A stretch of DNA of 64,000 nucleotides from positions 512,856 through 576,855 of the forward strand of contig NW_015172030.1 in the NCBI RefSeq assembly GCF_001447785.1, in the 5' to 3' direction. Shown here one piece after another: positions 11,721 to 25,557 of this stretch; position 1 is the first letter of the stretch; each line of letters opens with the position of its first letter. The DNA comes from Gekko japonicus (lineage: Eukaryota). The notes beneath the pieces are model-generated. The model worked only from the letters and a program-made list of their open reading frames with translations. It had not been told where the DNA came from and did not search any database. The translations under genes were made by a program, and so were the position numbers.

Positions 11721-12465
11721 GGCACTTTAGAAGCATCTGCTATTCCAGGTACATTGTCTGTGATTGTGGAGGTTCCACTCTGATGGGGAGGGGGCTGTGG
11801 CCCAAGTGGTCGAGCAGAAGGGTCCCAGGCTCTGCAGGTGAAAGGACCAGGTGGTAGGGGATGTGAAGGGAGACCCCGGAGAGCGGCTGCGACTCTGCGT
11901 GGACCATACTGACCTGGGTGGACCACGGTCTGATTCAGTAGAAGGCAGCTTCATGCACATTCATGGCTAACAGCTACTGACAGTCCTGCCTAATAGTGAC
12001 GTATTTACTCTTTGATAAGGACACAATTGTTGCTTTGCTGGTCCCAGATCAAGGTCCCTGCACCCTCTTTCTAGCATAAAGAGACGGGCACATGTGTTTG
12101 TGGGGCTTTGGGCACCCCCTCCTCCCATTCTCTGACTCCCCTTTCCACCTCCCTCAGTGCTGCTCCACCATAGTAGCAATCTCCCAGCGGATGAGAGGGT
12201 AACTCAGCAGAATATGGTGCTCCCTATGCTCTTGTGTTCACTCTCCCTATGCTCTTGTGTCAGCCATTGGTGGTATGTAGGACCATGAGCCTCAGTAGAT
12301 GCCTGGCTGTGCCAACCCACATCCTAACAGCACCCACTTGGGAAGGACGTAAAAAGGAGCTTGAAAGCATCCACCTTTCCTTCTGCAGAGCATCTGTGCC
12401 CGGAGGTATTTGGCTTTCTTGCCGCAGCGTTACCTTTGGGGGCTCACCTTCGATTCCCTCCTTAC

Positions 12466-12644
12466 CTCTCGCACATGTAAACATCCGGCAACGTCCGGTC
12501 CATTGCACTGGTGGTGAGGACTCGTAAAGGGAACAATCCACCCAGCAGATAGTCTCCGGGTTTTCTAAACTGGGAAGAGATGCAGCGCTCTTCCCGGGCC
12601 AGGGTCCAGCCCAAACCGATACCGAGCACAAGGAAAGCGGCCAT
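12466..12644 (-). CDS. TAS1R3: Taste receptor type 1 member 3, exon 1 (signal peptide, start of Venus flytrap domain)
   Basis: ATG at 12644 gives MAAFLVLGIGLGWTLA...PGDYLLGGLFP (class C GPCR N-terminal motif); AG|GTAAG donor; phase matches exon 2. Confidence 0.9.
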
Positions 12645-14040
12645 GGCCCTTGAACGGTTCCAACAGCAATCTTTGCCTCCTAGTTTTGGAGTCGGATGCG
12701 GCAACGGCAGGCAGGGAAGACTCTCAAAACGCAAGGTGTCACCTCCTCAACATTTATTTTTTTATTAACTTGAGTTATAGATGGCCAAGGAGGGGAAACG
12801 TCCCAAAAGGATTTGTTTAGCAAAGTACGTTGTGTGCGGGATCATGCATCTGCGGGGGGAGGCTTAGTCATCCATGCTAAGCAAATGTCCAATGGGGCTA
12901 GTCAGGGTTGCTCTTTTGCAAACCGCTGGCCCAAATCTTTGCCGTTTCCTCATCGAGCGCTTTTGACATTGGCTTGGAAAGGGCAAGAGGTTTTGCTTTC
13001 TCCAGCCCGGGGTCATAGTGATGGTTCTTTTTGCTTTAAGCGCAACACAATGCATGACGGTGGACTCTTTTTCTCGCCTGCTGGCACACAGGGGACCAGA
13101 AAGAGGTGTGTGTGTATTAGGTACCATCAAATTGCTTCCGACTTCTGGTGACCCTATGAATCAAGGCAGAGGTCATTTCGGGGGGGGATCGCGGGGGATC
13201 ACAGTCCCCCCCGGTGAGGTACGGGGGCGGGGCACATGATGAAGCCCCACCCCCTGCTTCCGGCTGCCCCGCTTCCGGCCCTCATTCAGCCAGGAGGAGG
13301 CAGGAGAAGAGGGAGGGTAAGTTGCTTCCTCCCTGCCTCTCCCCACCCCTGCCTGCCTGGGGCCAGGGAGGGCCTTCGCGAGGCTTCCTTGCACTCCCGC
13401 CGGCCTTGCAGGTCCACCGCCGGGCCCCTCATGGGGCTCAGCAGTGGAGCTGCAAGGCCAGCGGCGGTGGCCGGGACCGTTGGGAGCGGGGTGTGTGGCC
13501 TTATGACACACTTCCGGTGATGTCAGGGGGTGTGGCCTTATGACACACTTCCGGTGATGTCAGGGGGTGTGGCATATGCTAATGAATTATGCTAATGAGT
13601 TCCCCTAGCTCTTTTTCTACGAAACGACCCCTGAATCAAGGACCTCCAAAGCATCCTATCATTAACTGCCTTGCTCAAGTCTTGCAAACCGAAGGCCGCA
13701 GCTTCCTTGATTGAGTCAATCCATCTCATGTTGATAGATCAAGACGGGCAGCTGTGTTCGTCTGTCTGGAGCAGGAGAAAAGCACAAGAGTCCAGCAGCA
13801 ACCGAAAGACTAACAAGATTTGTGTCCAGGCAACATTCTGACAGTGTATTTTGGGGGTCCCCAACTGTGTTAGCTATGCTACAATGTGCTTAGAGACTGG
13901 GATGCATCTGATAGAGACGAGGGCATGGCTACTAACCTTAAAGTGTTGGCTGTGCCTACACTTTAGGGCTGAACCTGCTAGCTATATCCATATGATGCTA
14001 GCTGATTCTTTTGTTTCCAACTGGTGTAGTCAGATCCAGA

Positions 14041-14385
14041 AGGCTCAAGTGGTTAAGACGCTGAACTGCAGGCTGTGGAAGGTCGTTCGTTCAGAAGTTC
14101 GAGTCCCAAGTGTGCCGCATGACGAAGTGAGCTCCCGTCTCTAGTTCCAGCTCCTGCCAACCTAGCAGTTCGAAAGCAAGAAATTGCAAGTAGATAAATA
14201 GGTACCACTTCAGTGGGAAGGTCACAGTGTTCCGTGCGCCTTGGTGTTTAGTCATTCCGACCACATGACCACGGAAATGTCTTCGGACAGCGCTGGCTCT
14301 TCGGCTTTGAGACGGAGATGAGCACCGCAACCCTAGAGTTGGATTCGACTGGCTTTCGAGCAAGGGAACCTTTATCTTTACCTTT
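14041..14385 (+). mobile_element. Sauria SINE
   Basis: Family match to the other copies. Confidence 0.8.
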
Positions 14386-14387
14386 AT

Positions 14388-15069
14388 GGGTGCGTTCGGA
14401 TGGGCCATTTGAGCCGGTATAGATGCCGGTTGGAAACGGAGTACTTACGCGCGATCACACAGGCAACATCTGCCTCTTGTCCCGAGCCATTGCCAACCGT
14501 CCCAAACACTCTTTAAACCAGTGTAGTTTGCTACTAGGTCCCCAAGTGGTGTTTTCCTGAGGGCTCTGGCTCCAGCTGCATTTTCCCCATGTGATCGCTC
14601 TTTGCCGGTGTAGAGCCACTTCCGCTGGGAAGCCCAAGGCTTCCACTTTTCGCCCGCCTTTTTTTTTTTTAGCCTCAGCGATATGCGATTGGGTGAAGCT
14701 TCGCCCCGGTGTTAATAACAATTTTTAAAAGGTGATTCGTTTTAGGCTTCGGACGAGTCCGGGACCTCACGGAGGCCCTTTTCGCTGTAGAAGTTTAAAG
14801 GGCAGTGTTCCTTCAGGGCATGCTTTTCAGGACAGGGTGTTCTGCGCCTGCGCGAAGAGCTCAATTCTGTGGATGGCTGCCTATGCGCATGCGCAAAATG
14901 TAAAATAATAATTTTTAAAACCGCCGACACACGCTGCTGCGCGCCTAGTGTGGACGCCCGGGAGCGATGTGTTGTGCGGTGAGGGTGACCGCGCTTGCCC
15001 CGGATCAGATTAGTCCACTTGGAACCGGAGCAGTTTAAACCGCTCCCGGCAGGCCGTCTGACCGCACCC
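14388..15069. mobile_element. PIF/Harbinger-like MITE
   Basis: TIRs gggtgcgttcggatgg / ccgtctgaccgcaccc; 3-bp TSD TAT. Confidence 0.7.
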
Positions 15070-15072
15070 TAT

Positions 15073-16065
15073 AGGTGTCTCTTTGGACAACTTCTGCATG
15101 TTACGTGAAACGCAGGCATGTAGAATTTTGAAACAGAGGATTCCAGATATTGAGAAACAGACTTTCTGTTCTCTTGAAAACAAAACTTGCTCCCCTTTAG
15201 CATTTGGTATCTTTCCAGACTATGGACGGCCTGCTGCCTACCTTTCCCAGATTTCCTCACCCAAGTTACGCCGCTCTTTTATGTTAGGAAGACGCAATGT
15301 TTTACCCTCAGCGGTATTGTCTGGGAGGTTTGTCAACACTCCCTATCAGGAAAGACTTTGTCCATGTAAAGGAGGGCACATAGAAACGGTAGCCCAAGTT
15401 TTACTTCATTGTGAATTTTTATGGGGAAGTGTGGGACTGTAGAATTAAACCTATTGTGGGCCCCGGTCACATGGGCCGGATATTGCGGGGGGGAGGCATG
15501 GCTAATTGCCCCGCCGCAGTTTGATGTGCGATTACATGATCAGACGCGCCGGCGGCACACCACGGGTCCTTCCCTCGGCGCCAGTGGGTAAATGAGGGAC
15601 CGGAGGGGAATGCCACGGGCCGGCGTGATAACACCACGGGTGTCTGGAGGCAGCCCGTGGCAAACATTTACTAGTACCTTGGAGGTACTAGTTTTTTAAC
15701 GCGCATTGTCGGCGGTAAGTCACGGGTGCACTCCACTTCCCAGATGTTGGGGTGTGATCGCGCCCGGATAATCCGCCCACCATCCGTGCCTCTCCCGCGG
15801 CAACTTTGCCATGTGACCGGGGCCGTGTCTAACTTTCACGGTCTATCCGAGGCGAAGTTAGTCTCTCTCTTACTATCTGACCGATGTTCCCATACTACAA
15901 GTTCAGTTGCAAGGTACCTCTTGGCTGCCATAACAAACAGGGAGCAAAAGCTTAGCTTTTCTAGCCGATGTTTGATGGTTTTTATAATTAAGACTCTCTG
16001 TAAATTTGCCATGTTGTACCTTTCTTTTGTTTTTATGCCAATAAAGCTATTTGGATTGGATTGGA
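15073..16065 (+). mobile_element. 3' end of a non-LTR retrotransposon (RTE-X-like), interrupted by a MITE
   Basis: LPSAVLSGRF..PYQERLCPC..IETVAQVLLHC zinc-finger-like C-terminus; AATAAA and (TTGGA)n tail. Confidence 0.6.
15459..15824. mobile_element. PIF/Harbinger-like MITE
   Basis: Perfect 16-bp TIR ggccccggtcacatgg; 3-bp TSD GTG. Confidence 0.75.
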
Positions 16066-16177
16066 ACAAGATTTGTGGCAGGGGAGGAGCTTCTGCGAGT
16101 CGCTGCTCACTTCTTCAGACACTCACGAAAGCTCCTCCCCCGCCGCATATTTTGTTAGTCTTTAAAGTGTTAACTAA

Positions 16178-16562
16178 GGAGCTGCGGTGGCTCAAGTGGT
16201 TAAGATGCTGAACTGCAGGCTGTGGAGGTCAGTAGTTCAGCAGTTTGAGACCCGGGTGCCGCAAGGCGGAGTGAGCTCCCGTCTCTAGTTCCAGCTCCTG
16301 CCAACCTAGCAGTTCGAAAGCAAGAAATTGCAAGTAGATAAATAGGGACCACTTCGGTGGGAAGGTAACAGCGTTCCGTGCGCCTTGGTGTTTAGTCATG
16401 CCGGCCACGTGACCATGGAAACGTCTTCGGACAGCGCTGGCTCTTCGGCTTTGAAACGGAGATGAGCACCGCAACCCTAGTCGGACTCGACTGGCTTGAG
16501 ATGAGCACCAACCCTAGAGTCGGACTCGACTGGCTTTCGAGCAAGGGAACTTTTACCTTTTT
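16178..16562 (+). mobile_element. Sauria SINE
   Basis: Family match; flanking tttaa(a/g)gtgttaact TSD. Confidence 0.8.
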
Positions 16563-18439
16563 AAGGTGTTAACTGGACTCTTGGTCTTTTCTACTGCTGC
16601 AGACGGACAGATGAACACAGCCACCCGTCTTGATCTGTCTCCATGGAAGGCACCAGAATTAGCCGTACAGAATGGAAATGCATCAGCCTTGTGAAGGAAC
16701 CCGGCACAGGTACAGACAGGCATCATCTTTCTCACTCAAAGCAGAAGACAGCTTATCTCATGCTATGTCTTCCTCTTTTCCTGCCGCCTTCAGCTTTGCT
16801 GAGCGTGATTGTCTAGGGTGGTCTGTTTTAAAGATGTGTGACTTAGAGGGTTGCATGCATCCAGTTTTCTGATTTGAGCACTCTAATGATTAAAATATGT
16901 CCATTTACATCTCAACTGTCCTTTATGCTACCCTGGAGCAGAGTCCAAAATTTCTGGTAAAGCAGTTACGGTTTCTGTTGTTGTTGTTTTTTTGTATTGA
17001 ACAGCTGAACTCTGATGCAGGGTGAAGTTAAAATTGGTTCAGCGAGATCGCTTTCTCAGACACAAGTGCCCACAACAAAGACCTATAGTTTATTGAGCTG
17101 AACAACTCAGGACATGGAAAATCAAACTCCAATCTGGTTTGGTTGAATACCTCTACCAGCAGTGCGGTGCCCGCTGTGTATCTGCATGATTTACTGTTCT
17201 GGCTCCACCTCATCCTGGAGAAAAAGTATAAGGAAAACAGTCGTGAGAGTCTGACCCACAAATCAAGCAGTCAACAAGACTTGCAAAAAATGCTTCCTGT
17301 GTATTACAGTCTAAATTCCTACAAATCATAAGAAAATCCTAGAACAAACATACATAATCAAAGATACATCATCAACGTCGTCTCCGGATTATATAACGTT
17401 TCAACATTGGATCTTCTTCAGGAATATTAGAGTGGTACAAAAGCTTTCTTGCTCTTAAAGTGCTGTACAACAAGTCATGAAAGATAACACAATTCATTCA
17501 AATAGGACGCTGATCTCAATATGTTCAGGCTCAGATATGCTGCTAAGCTTCTAATGGATCCCAGGCATCTCCTCATCCCGATCAACTGTGATTCTGCTGC
17601 CTCTCAGAAGAAGAGGAGGAGATTAGATTTATATCCCGCCCTTCACTCAGAGTGGCGTACGATCTCTTTCCCTTCCTCTCCCCACAAGGGATACCCTGTG
17701 AGGTAGGTGGAGCTGAGAGAGCTCCGAGAGAACTTGTGACTGACCCAAGGACACCCAGCTGGCTGCACGTGGAAGGAGTGGGGAATCAAACCCGGGTTCT
17801 CCCGATTAGAGTCTGCCGCTCTTAACCACTACATCAAACTGAGTGGGATGAAACCATTGTTACGCCTGCCCCAAGGACACCATTATACTTGCTCCCACAC
17901 CTAGCAGACTTCGCTGGTGAACCTCTGTATGAGTTGCTCTTCTGGGCCGGCCTCTTGATGCACCCTGCTACAGCATGGTTTGGTCTCCCGGGACGCGGTT
18001 ACAGCTTCAGGGATTCCTGAGTGTCCCATTCTAAGTGTCTATGTTGTCTGTTTCTTACCCAGTCGTAGTCTTATGAATTCAGGGGACCTTTCAATCTTAC
18101 ACTGGTCCCAACCAGGCCTGTAGCCAGGATTGTTAAAGTCGGGGGGCATTTAAATTTCTTAGGGGGCACTGGCTAATCAAATGAAAGGAATACCCGGCTC
18201 CTTCCCTGCACCTGCAGTCACTCAGGGGCCCTGGGCTGGATGGGAAGGGGGGGGGCTGGCCAGTAAGTCAGGGGGCCTAGCCCCAGGATGCCCCCACTGT
18301 AGCTACGGGCCTGGTCCCAACCCTTCTACAAGTTCTCTATACGTGGCCTGGTCTCAGAGATCTGGAAGGGCTCCTAGGAAGACACAGAGGGTGTCCTACT
18401 GCCAAGAAATCCCTTTTGTATAAGTGTAAGCTTTTAAGA

Positions 18440-18787
18440 GGAGCTGCGGTGGCTCAAGTGGTTAAGACGCTGAACTGCGGGCTGTGGAAGGTTGGAAGTT
18501 CAGCAGTTCGAGACTCGGGTGCCGCATGACGGAGTGAGCTCCCGTCTCTAGTTCCAGCTCCTGCCAACCTAGCAGTTCGAAAGCAAGAAACTGCAAGTAG
18601 AGAAATAGGTACCACTTCGGTGGGAAGGGAACAGCGTTCCGTGCGCCTTGGTGTTTAGTCACGCCGGCCACATGACCACGGAAACGTCTTAGGACAGCGC
18701 TGGCTCTTCGGCTTTGAAACGGAGATGAGCACGGCAACCCTAGAGTCGGACTCGACTGGCTTTTGAGCAAGAGAACCTTTACCTTTA
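18440..18787 (+). mobile_element. Sauria SINE
   Basis: Family match; TSD taagcttttaag. Confidence 0.8.
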
Positions 18788-20525
18788 AGCTTTTAAGGGC
18801 AGGAGGCAGACAGCGTGTGTATCTGCTTCCGAGGGGGTAGCTGCCCTTCATTGGGACATGCAATTGGGGCAGGGTCACCCCCCAGCTGTTTATGGACCCT
18901 GCCTTGACTGTGGAGTGGACAACTTTTCGCTACCACCATTGCGCTTTTCGGCACTGAAAAATCCACAACGCTGCTCCCGGTGCAGAGAGAGTATTTATTT
19001 CAACCCAACTGATAGATATAGAATCTTCAATACAATCCCGGTACAAGCATTCAGTCTGCAGGACTGCAGTGCAAATATTTCCAGCGTGGACAGCTTACAC
19101 AGACATGAGACAGACAGAAACCCGTGACAGTACGGTGAACACTTTGATTGGCTTGAAAATAAAGAGAGAATCTGGCACGACAGACACGTCGTGAAAAACA
19201 TCCCTTATACAGAACACCTTAGATTGTCTAGAGCAGGGGTCCCCAACGTGGCGCCCACCCTCGTCGACACCTCTCCTGGGGTGTCCCAAGTGCTTTTAGA
19301 ACGTGGGTGAGGCTAGGTGGGACCTTTTCCCAGCAGGGCTTCCGCTTGGCTATGCAGATTAAAAGGCATCCTGTTAAACAGCCCATCTGCCCGAAACGTT
19401 GACGTTCCTATTAGAGTTGTATATAACCTGGATCCATGTTATTTTGTGGTTGGCTCCACCTCCTGCGGTAGCCATTTTGTGACTACCCCCACCTCCTGCG
19501 GCAGCCATTTTGTGATTGGCTCCACCTCCTGCGGCAGCCATTTTGTGTTTGTACCCACCGCCCTTTGTCAGAATTCCAAAGGTGCCCACAAACACCAAAG
19601 GTTAGGGACCCCTTGTCTAAAGGCCTGACCAACAGCCTTGCGTAGAAACATCCTGAAATGTTACAGCATAGTTAAAAAATTTTTTAAGCATTTCCTAACA
19701 GAAAAGTCTTGGTACGAGAGAGCGAAGATGGTTCAATAGCAGATAAGCAGAACTCCAAACAGACCCTGCTGTAGCTACTAGGGCACTGATCCAGGGAGAG
19801 TCAGGCATGCTTACAGATTGCAATTCAGGGCCTGCTTACCTGGGAGTAATCCCCACTGAATAAAGTAGGCGTCCCTTCTGTGTAAACATGCACAGGCTTG
19901 TGCGGTTTTGTTCCAGCGACTGGGGGACAAGTTAGCAGCGAGTCCGACCAGCTAACTTTAACGGGAACAAAGTGTGGCTATTTCTGGACCTGGGGCTACG
20001 GGGAATGAAAGGTTCTGGCAGAAAAACTCTTAAATACTTTGAAAGTTGCCTTCTTCGCTGCTTTGAGCAATAGAAAAGCTGGATGATTTTAACAAGAAGA
20101 CTACCTTTTTAAAGCAGCTTCTAATTCAGGAAAAGGCAAGCACAGGATAGCGCCACTCCCTCGGACAAGGAATGAGAGTAGAGGCAGAGGAAGGAAGAGT
20201 CAAGGATGGTGATAAGCAAGAAGAGCTACGAGCCAGAAGGGGGAGGGGGGAAGCAGATAGACTGAACACCAGAAAGGCTGCCGATAAAGCAGCAGAAACG
20301 ATGAACGGTGCTCTTTTACACAGACTGACAACTGCCCATCAGGCGTCAGATATTCTCAAGCAGTCAGGTGTGGGTTCTTTGAGGGCACTGTGCCTTTCCA
20401 TTCGTTTCCGCTAACTAGGAGGGCCGCCGCTACGGGACCTGTTCCCGATTTGGCCGCTGAACGCTGAGGTTAGTCCCTCGAGTCTTCTTTCTGCCGTTTG
20501 GCTCTGTGTTTTTTTGGTTTTGTAT

Positions 20526-20819
20526 TGACCGTGCAGCTATTTTTCTCAGTAATGAGTTCGTAGCACTGCTGCAGAGACCTGTTAGTTTTAATCAAACTGG
20601 GCGACAGCGGCCTTGAGTTCTATGCAGAGGCAGGTCGGTAGCATTTAAAGAAACAGCAGCTCGTAATCTGGTTTTGTTTTGACCGTGCAGCTATTGTTCT
20701 TAGTAATGAGTTCGTAGCACTGCTGCACAGACCTGTTAGTTTTGATCAAACTGGGCGACAGCGGCCTCGAGTTCTATGCAGAGGCAGGTCGGTAGCATTT
20801 AAAGAAACGGCAGCTCGTA
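20526..20819 (+). repeat. Local tandem duplication, ~154-bp period
   Basis: tgaccgtgcagctatt...gcagctcgta occurs twice. Confidence 0.85.
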
Positions 20820-22441
20820 TTACCGACACCCTCTAGGCCAGGGGTCCCCAACGTGGTGCCCACCGATACGTTTCCTGGCGCCCACCAAGTGTTTTAAGGA
20901 AGTGGGCGGAGCCAGGTGGGGCTTTCCCCCAGCAATGCCTCTGACTGGCCACTGGAGATTTGATTGGCGGCAGATGGCCAGCACAGGCCGAGGACCCTCA
21001 CTGTGTGACTGAAGGGAAGCTACGGCAGCCAGTGTTCCCTCTAAGCTGAGTCAGTGTGAGCTAGCTCACAGCTTTTTAGCCTCCGGCTCACACATTTATG
21101 TCTCAGCTCAGGAAGGAGGGCTCCAGAGCAAACTAATTGATGCAGCAGCCAAGTCGCTCGCTCACAACTTTAATGCCAGTGAGCTCACAAAGTAGAATTT
21201 TTGCTCACAGGACTCCACAGCTTACAGGGAGCATTGACGGCAGCCATTTTTGTCAGAAGCCCACAGGCCCCAAAAGGGTTGGGACCCCTGCTCTTAGTAT
21301 CCATAACACTGAAAGATTGATTGTCAGGCCCTTTGTCTGGAACCAGGGACCGATGTGCTGTCGCCTCTGCGCAAGGGGGTGGCAGAAAGGCCTCGTCTGA
21401 ACCCTGTCAGGCCCTCAAACCCCCCCACGGCCAGTGTCCTGTCCAGCGATTATCCAATGAAGACGGATCTGTGCTACAGAGAGGTTATCTAGCACGTCCA
21501 GCACTGCTTTCCCTCTGTAGGTATCCCAACACCCCTGATAGTCCTAGCAGCAGCATCCCGCATGCCGAAGGTCTTGGGTACCTTACTGTAAATTGCAGAA
21601 GAACACTGCCTTTGCGGTAATGGCTTAGGGGTGCGACTGTCTGCCTGAAGCCAGAACGACACATCCCTCTGCGCAGCCAGGGGTGGGGAGCAAGGAGCAA
21701 CAGCTTCATCGTTCAGAGACCCCGCTTGGCACGCAGAAGGTCTCCAATTCAATCCCTGGCACCTCCAATTTAAAAAGGATCTTGCACGAAAAGGGCCGGG
21801 AAAGGATTTTGCTCGAGTCAACAGCAGGCAGAGCACACAGTAAGGGGTGCAGCAGTCTCATGGCCCGCCAGGGTGTAACGCAGCTTCGTATGTCTCAGGG
21901 CCCAACAGAATTTCGGTGGGACCTTCCGCCTCGTGTGCCTTGTCGATCGCGCCATTACATAAGCCCCCTTTGACCATCATCCCCCCCCCGTTTCCATGCT
22001 AAAAAAAATGCAACAACTTGTTGCAAAGAGCCGACTTTTGCAAAGCAATGATTTCACTGTGGTGAAGCCCCGATTACACAGCGTTTGATTGACAGAGCAC
22101 AAACAATTTAAACCCGAGACCAGAAGCCATCTATGCCCTGAGAAGTCCGGTCTGTAGTTCTGCAATTTAAAAAAAAGAGCAGAAGATGATTGCTTTCGAC
22201 TGTGTCACAAGAGGGCCAGGAGTCTGGTCGTGTTTCTTTGGAGATGAATTAAACGGAACAGGTACTCAGACAACAGAAAGCTTACAGCTATAGGAAACCA
22301 GATTTAGGACAGAGCCGAGTGTGAGAAGCTATGGATTTTGGTACCAGCACGTCTCCTGTTTATGCACGGACTCGGGCACCAGTGATTGTGCTCACCCCGA
22401 CCACTGATACTCAAGAAAGCATAGATTATTAGCCCACTCGG

Positions 22442-22964
22442 TTATGGGATGTCAAGAAGGTTGTGTTGGGCATACAGTGCTTCTGTGATGTCATAGACCT
22501 TGACGATGCTGGGCAAAGCCTCTTCCAGCATCGCCACCGCATCCGCAGGGGTGCCCACGTTCATGAGCTCCAGGAAGGTGTTCCGAGCAGGTAGGACGTA
22601 GAAAGACAGGAGGGCCGTCTTTCGGATAATCCATGGGTGATACTTGGCCAAGGAGGCATTGTACGCTTCCGTACACAGGGCCGACGCGCTGGAGTCCTCC
22701 GAGCTGGTCCGCAGGCCCTCCAAGAACAGCTGCAGCCAGCGGAGGGCGCGGTGAAGACGCAGGATTGTCCGGCAGCCCGAGGGCGGCTGGTCTCCGGGCT
22801 TTTTCAAATCCACCAAGTTGCTGGCTAGTTCGTACTTCACCATGGAATGAAGCGTCGAGTATTGGTCCTTTTGATCGCTGCTGCGGTAGTTCTCCATGAT
22901 CTGGATCTTGGCCACCGCATCTTTGGAAACGAAGGAGAAGATGGTGCCCAAGATGTTGAGGAAC
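22442..22964 (-). CDS. CPTP: CPTP last coding exon (GLTP fold)
   Basis: FLNILGTIFSFVSKDAVAK...SGCRTILRLHRALRWLQLF...YHPW...LLDIP*; the two exons give 214 aa; syntenic between TAS1R3 and INTS11. Confidence 0.95.
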
Positions 22965-25435
22965 CTAGGGTTTAAGACAGGAGACTGTATGTCCCGGGCC
23001 AAAAGAGAGGCGTGCAACGAAAAGTCATATTTGAGAGCTTGAGTTTCCTTCTATCTACACCCTGAGGATACAGAAATGTGAAGAATTATGGGGGATTCCT
23101 AGATCTCTCTCTGTCTTGGGATCCGGAGTTATTCAACACAACTGATGAGTGGTAGGCATACGTCTGATGAAAAGAAGTATTTTTTCACATGGGGCGTAAC
23201 TGGGGAATTAATTAGCGAAAGGGAAAAAAATTGGGGGCTTTCCACTTTATGGGGAAAAAAACATCAGAGGGGCATGAAAAAGTATAAACCAAGGAGCACT
23301 TCTTTTCAGACAATAACTTGTGGACCTCACTGCCACAGGCTGTGTCAAGAGACAGGATCTCAGCTTTAAAAAAGAGATTACCTAATTCATGGAGTTTACC
23401 AATGGCTATTAGCTGTGACAGCTCAAGAGAGCCTCCATGATCAAAAGCAGTATATCCCTGAATACTACTTCCTGGGGCGAAAAGGGGGAGGCTTGGCTGC
23501 TGTGGCGAGCCACTGTTAATCCTGGTGATTCACCGGTCTGATCCAGGCATGGCTGCGCTTTAAGAATTCTCTGCCGCAGGATGCCACGTGGCCTTTTAGC
23601 AAAGGAGTTTTATCTTGTTTAGCCATTTTATGGTCTACCCTAAGCCTAAGGACCGTTTGTTTGATTGCTTTTAGTTCTAAGGCATTTCAAGTAAGGGAGA
23701 CCGTGGCTGTGGTCACAATGGTGGCTTGGCGCAATATGGTGCCACCTCTAATTGTACTGGTTTAAAGTGTTGTGGGATATATCAGCCACACAGCACACCC
23801 TGCTGTGGGTTACCCACGGAGACACCCTGTGGTAAAGCATCCACACATTATTGCAGCGCCTCAGCCACGGACCGCACTGCAAAAAATCCCCAAAGTTCAT
23901 GCGCACGCATAAGTGCGCATGTGCACGCTCATGTGCATGCGTGCACATGGGCAATATTTTTAAAAACTTGCCTCCCTAGTGGCAGAACAGATCTGCAGGT
24001 TCATACTGCCAAATCTATTCTGCGCACATTCCCCCACGTTCAGACATCCGATCATGTGCAATGACTGTGTGGGGAACTGAAAACACCACGTGATGTGGTG
24101 CCTTCTTAACCTGGCTCCAACTCGTCCTATGACAGGATGAGTATGACTGCGGGAACGCCTGACAGATGTGGCTGTCAGACTGCGCCCATTTGATCCGGAG
24201 GGGAGGAGTGGCTGTGTGCGGCTTTGGGTTCCCCGCCAAGACGCTCTGCTTCAGGCTCCACACCCAAGTTCAGCAAATCAGGCAAAACTCTTCCATTATC
24301 AAAGAAAAAGGCGAGGTGACCTCAATTAACAATAGTTAACCAGACAAAAGGAAAATTCTACATCTTCCGATGGCTAACAAAATACAAACAGTCAATAAAA
24401 TCAGCCGAAACGTACTCAAACCCGCCCGAAAGGTAGGAAAAAATCCTGCCCAAAAGATGCATGCTACCCCTCCCTCTATCCCATCCAGCTGTTAATTGAG
24501 ATATCTCAGCTGTGCAGCTCTTGGGGGTGGGGTTCCCCCCGGCAGCCCGATTTGGGCTGGCGGGGAACCAACCCAATTAGCAGGGGTTTCCCCGCCGCCC
24601 CAGGCAATTTGAAACCCTAGTGCTGCGCGACGACGACGTGAGCTCCCGTCTGTGGCCCCAGCTCCTGCCAACCTAGCAGTTCGAAAGCAAGCAATTGCAA
24701 GTAGATAAATAGGTACTGCTTCGGTGGGAAGGTCACAGCATTCCGTGCGCCTTAACTTCTAGTCACGCCGGCCACGTGACCGTGGAAATGTCTCTGGACA
24801 GCGCTGGCTCTTCGGCTTGGAAACGGAGATGAGCACTGCATCCTAGAGTTGGATTCGACTGGCTTTCGAGCGAGGGAAACCTTTACCTTTAGCTAGTCGA
24901 AAGCCTGGTGGAAGCGCTCTGTTTTACCAGCCCTGCAGAACTGTAGTAGATCCCGCAGGGCCCTGATCTCTCCCGGGAGCTCATTCCACCAGTATGGAGG
25001 TGCCCCCGAGAAGGCCCTGGCTGCCGCCAACCGAACATCTTTGGGGCCTGGAAGGGCCAGCCGGTTTTGAGCCCCTGAACGCAGTGCTCCCTGGGGATTT
25101 GTATACTGTTTTGTTGTAAGCTGCCCTGAGCCTGTTTCTGGGGAAGGGTGGCCTAGTAAATCTAATTTAATAAATAAATTAAATACATTTTGGGTAGCAG
25201 AGTCACGGAAGCAATGAAGATATAAATTCTACAGTCAAATTCTATGCAGAGTTGCCCCACTCTAAACCCACAGAATCAGTGGACTTAGAGCAGAGTAACT
25301 CCATATAGAATTGTGCGACTAGATCCCTCATGAACACTGCAATTCTATGCATGCATATCTTAGAGTGAGCCCCAATGAACACAGTGGGATTTACTGCTGA
25401 GTAGACAGGCACAGAGAGTGAGGACGTGATCGTAC

Positions 25436-25557
25436 CTGACTAGTCCTTTCCAGCCTGCTACGTAAGGATCCATTAAGATTTCTTGCTGGTCATTGAGGCA
25501 GGACTGGAACGTGACCAGCACGTCTTTCAGGCAACACCCGTCTTCACCGTTAGCCAT
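25436..25557 (-). CDS. CPTP: Ceramide-1-phosphate transfer protein, first coding exon
   Basis: MANGEDGCCLKDVLVTFQSCL...DPYVAGWKGLVR; acceptor 9 nt upstream of the ATG; AG|GTACG donor; 122 coding nt. Confidence 0.9.
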
